37,152 nucleotides of DNA from Candidatus Woesearchaeota archaeon. GTDB taxonomy: Archaea > Nanobdellota > Nanobdellia > SCGC-AAA011-G17 > JAFCDX01. The position numbers were made by a program, and so were the translations under genes. Position 1 is the stretch's first letter. Each line of letters begins with the position of its first letter. A model generated the notes under the pieces. That model ran no database searches, was not told the origin of the DNA, and saw nothing but the letters and a program-made list of their open reading frames with translations. The stretch lies in assembly GCA_018302265.1 (NCBI GenBank), contig JAGVZV010000009.1, forward strand, positions 1-37,152, written 5' to 3'. Positions 34,913 through 37,152 of the stretch are shown here, in pieces.

Positions 34913-35254
34913 TTATTCAATTGGGTTGAAAGTGTCATCTTCAATGATACTGTCAAGATGTTCTTTTTGAAATTGCAAATCTCCTCTTAAACCAGAGCCA
35001 AATTTTTGGATGTTGTTAAGACGCATAAATCTTTGAGATATAACCCCTGCAAGATTTTCAGATGCTGATTGTTCTGTCTCTCCTCTTGCAGTAAAAGTTA
35101 CTTCTCTTCCTTCTGGTAGGGGGATGGTATAAGTTGCAGTATATCCTGCAGAATCTTCAGACAACATTATTTTTAATGAAGTTTTTAGTGGATATAAGGG
35201 TATATTTGTAATTTCTGCTGCCCTTGCATTCAGGTATTTCTGATTTGCTTCCAT
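34913..35254 (-). CDS. Hypothetical protein (possible HicB-like fold)
   Basis: 113 aa; GYTA...P....TARGET...A..N segment resembles HicB-type folds (weak). Confidence 0.5.
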   Translation of the reverse strand: MEANQKYLNARAAEITNIPLYPLKTSLKIMLSEDSAGYTATYTIPLPEGREVTFTARGETEQSASENLAGVISQRFMRLNNIQKFGSGLRGDLQFQKEHLDSIIEDDTFNPIE

Positions 35255-35396
35255 TTTAAGTACCTAGAATTAATCTGAGGTTTTCACCTCTCTTACTATC
35301 GTACGGATAGGATTTATAATGGTTTCTATGGGTATTTTATAAAGGTTGTTTTATAGTCAATAAATATTTAAATAGACAATATTAATCTTAATTAAG

Positions 35397-35618
35397 ATGG
35401 AACACGGAGAAGGAGATTATGGCAGACCAGAAGAACATTATGGTTTACCAGAGGATTTATCCTATATGGGATCTGTCCCAAGACATCCAAATATATGTGG
35501 TCCTAGCTGCTCTTTGTATACTGCCCAAACAGAGAGGGGTGGTTTGTGCCAAGGAAAAGGGGTTGTAAAAAAGGGAGACCTATGCGGGCTAGAAAAGGCT
35601 GTCTTGAGAGGCAATTAA
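35397..35618 (+). CDS. Small four-Cys hypothetical protein
   Basis: 73 aa; C...C, C and C pattern; TATA-like TTTAAATA upstream. Confidence 0.5.
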   Translation: MEHGEGDYGRPEEHYGLPEDLSYMGSVPRHPNICGPSCSLYTAQTERGGLCQGKGVVKKGDLCGLEKAVLRGN

Positions 35619-35646
35619 TTCTTTTTAATGAAGTTTAAACAAGGAT

Positions 35647-36060
35647 TTAAAATAAATTTTTAAACCAGTTTATTATTTTAGCAAAGAATCCTTCCTGTGG
35701 TTCTACTGTATTAGTTTCTGAATTAGCTTCTGTTACAATAACATTCCCAGTAACCAATATATTTCCTATATCTGATGGAACTTTTTGACTTCCAGTAACG
35801 CACTTACCATTTTCACACATTTCTCCCGATTTACAGGATTTTATTATTTTATCATATTTTACACAAACATCATTTTGATATCTTTGGTATACTGCATTAT
35901 AATCATACTTGCAGAATGGTTCTCCTACAAACATTGGTTCGCAACTTGCCTTTATATTAACAGGAACTGCCTTTGGTATCCCTGAAATGTCTGCTGCGTA
36001 TATACTGAATGATAAAAGTATTAAAATTACGAATAACCCAAATATTAATCTGGTTTTCAT
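35647..36060 (-). CDS. Secreted Cys-rich protein with an amphipathic C-terminal helix
   Basis: Signal peptide ending IYA/A; C..GE.C.NGKC module; C-terminus GFFAKIINWFKNLF. Confidence 0.72.
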   Translation of the reverse strand: MKTRLIFGLFVILILLSFSIYAADISGIPKAVPVNIKASCEPMFVGEPFCKYDYNAVYQRYQNDVCVKYDKIIKSCKSGEMCENGKCVTGSQKVPSDIGNILVTGNVIVTEANSETNTVEPQEGFFAKIINWFKNLF

Positions 36061-36119
36061 CGTTTAACTAAGCGTTTATTCTTTATAAAGATTTCATACA
36101 CATTTATACATACAATGTT

Positions 36120-36152
36120 AGGTGACTACAAATAACCCAAATGTAGTCACCT
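36120..36152. repeat. Perfect 11-bp inverted repeat with 11-nt spacer
   Basis: AGGTGACTACA-AATAACCCAAA-TGTAGTCACCT. Confidence 0.9.
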
Positions 36153-36237
36153 GTCACAAAAATAGATCTTACCTCTATATTTTATTTTTTATTTGTAAAG
36201 GGGTAAACGCTTAATAAGAATATGTATGTCTACATTT

Positions 36238-37140
36238 TTAAATTGAAGTTTCTTCTGTAGACATGAGAGAAATAATAAGATTGATCATCTTTTTCAGATT
36301 TCCGTTCCTTCCGGTTTCCAAGGCATCATAATATTCCAATCTTCTTTTTACAGGAATATTTATCATAGGAAAATCATTTTTATGGAGCATAAAGTCTATT
36401 AACAATCTTCCAGTTCTCCCATTACCATCAACAAAAGGGTGTATTGACTCAAATGCACAATGAAAATATGCAGCAATAATAACTGGATGTAACCTTTTTT
36501 TATTTTTATCGTACCATCTTATTAGAGCAGCCATTTCTTTTTTTACTTCCTCTGGTTTTGGCGGTGTAAAAGACGCTCCCCTTATATACACCTGTAATGG
36601 CCTGTAGATTCCTGTGAAAGATTCTAATTCTTTTTTTAGTGTATTTGTAACAATAATATTTTGTATTTGACAGATAAACTCTTTGTTTATATCTTCGTCA
36701 TAATTTATCAAAAAATCAAATGCTTTTTTATGATTTATAGCTTCATTAATCTCTCTTGGAGATTTTCCTGCAGGGGTTATATTATCAAATAAAATTGCAG
36801 CAGTTTCCTTTAATGTTAAAGTAGATCCTTCTATAGCATTAGAATCATAAGTAAATCTGGATATAAATGCCTCATATTTTATATCAAAATTACTTTTACA
36901 TGACTGTTTGTGATTTTTTTTAATGGTTTCTAGCGAGTCAATCTCTTTTTTAGACAATACTTTTTGCAGAGGTTTACCAAGCCCGATATCCATTTCTTCT
37001 TCTAATCTTTTTAATTCTTCATTGGTTAAATTTTTACCAAGATATCTTCTGATCTTACTTATTTTATTTCCCTCTCTTTTGGATAAGGATCTGTAATAAT
37101 ACTTGCTCTTTCCGCGCTCTTGTATCTCTGTGTAAGACAT
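36238..37140 (-). CDS. Fic family protein (AMPylase) with an internal inhibitory motif
   Basis: Canonical HPFVDGNGRTGR; SNAIEG inhibitory helix N-terminal to it. Confidence 0.93.
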   Translation of the reverse strand: MSYTEIQERGKSKYYYRSLSKREGNKISKIRRYLGKNLTNEELKRLEEEMDIGLGKPLQKVLSKKEIDSLETIKKNHKQSCKSNFDIKYEAFISRFTYDSNAIEGSTLTLKETAAILFDNITPAGKSPREINEAINHKKAFDFLINYDEDINKEFICQIQNIIVTNTLKKELESFTGIYRPLQVYIRGASFTPPKPEEVKKEMAALIRWYDKNKKRLHPVIIAAYFHCAFESIHPFVDGNGRTGRLLIDFMLHKNDFPMINIPVKRRLEYYDALETGRNGNLKKMINLIISLMSTEETSI

Positions 37141-37152
37141 AGTATTTGTATG

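Noticed and set aside
34085..36213. Archaeal integron (recombinase plus short ORFs; GTTTAAC...GTTAGGT at 36062-36123 resembles attC R boxes)
   Set aside because: The recombinase lacks the IntI-specific insertion, ORFs alternate in strand, no L-box complementarity or repeated attC is visible, and the segment reads as the promoter of the 36060 gene
1..37152. CRISPR array, IS element or prophage
   Set aside because: No spaced direct repeats, transposase or virion genes seen by eye; the only long direct repeat noticed is the 42-bp duplication

Overview
AT-rich archaeal chromosomal DNA, most consistent with a DPANN lineage (Woesearchaeota/Pacearchaeota-like; inference from gene content). Housekeeping content: Sm/Lsm-eL37, the uS15-DHH-eS1 cluster, a U32 protein, RPA, a PRC-barrel protein, a TraB-family protein with a degenerate M50-like partner, a XerA-like recombinase, a Fic protein and a HEPN-MNT pair. 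All four tRNA genes carry BHB introns, three at non-canonical positions (Leu 29/30, Val 33/34, Thr 27/28; Gln is canonical 37/38). The main feature is a ~13-kb minus-strand Tad/type IV pilus-like locus (16219-29316): an intein-containing secretion ATPase, a TadB/C-like platform protein probably started at ATT, and 11 pilin-like genes (two missed by the ORF track). One of these carries an apparently intact zinc N-acetylmuramoyl-L-alanine amidase (peptidoglycan hydrolase) domain. A second minus-strand unit encodes a frameshifted class-III-signal protein and a 2021-aa secreted Cys-rich protein ending in a degenerate LysM-like module. Together these suggest a candidate archaeal pilus system that binds and cuts bacterial cell wall. 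This is a hypothesis; no database searches were run.
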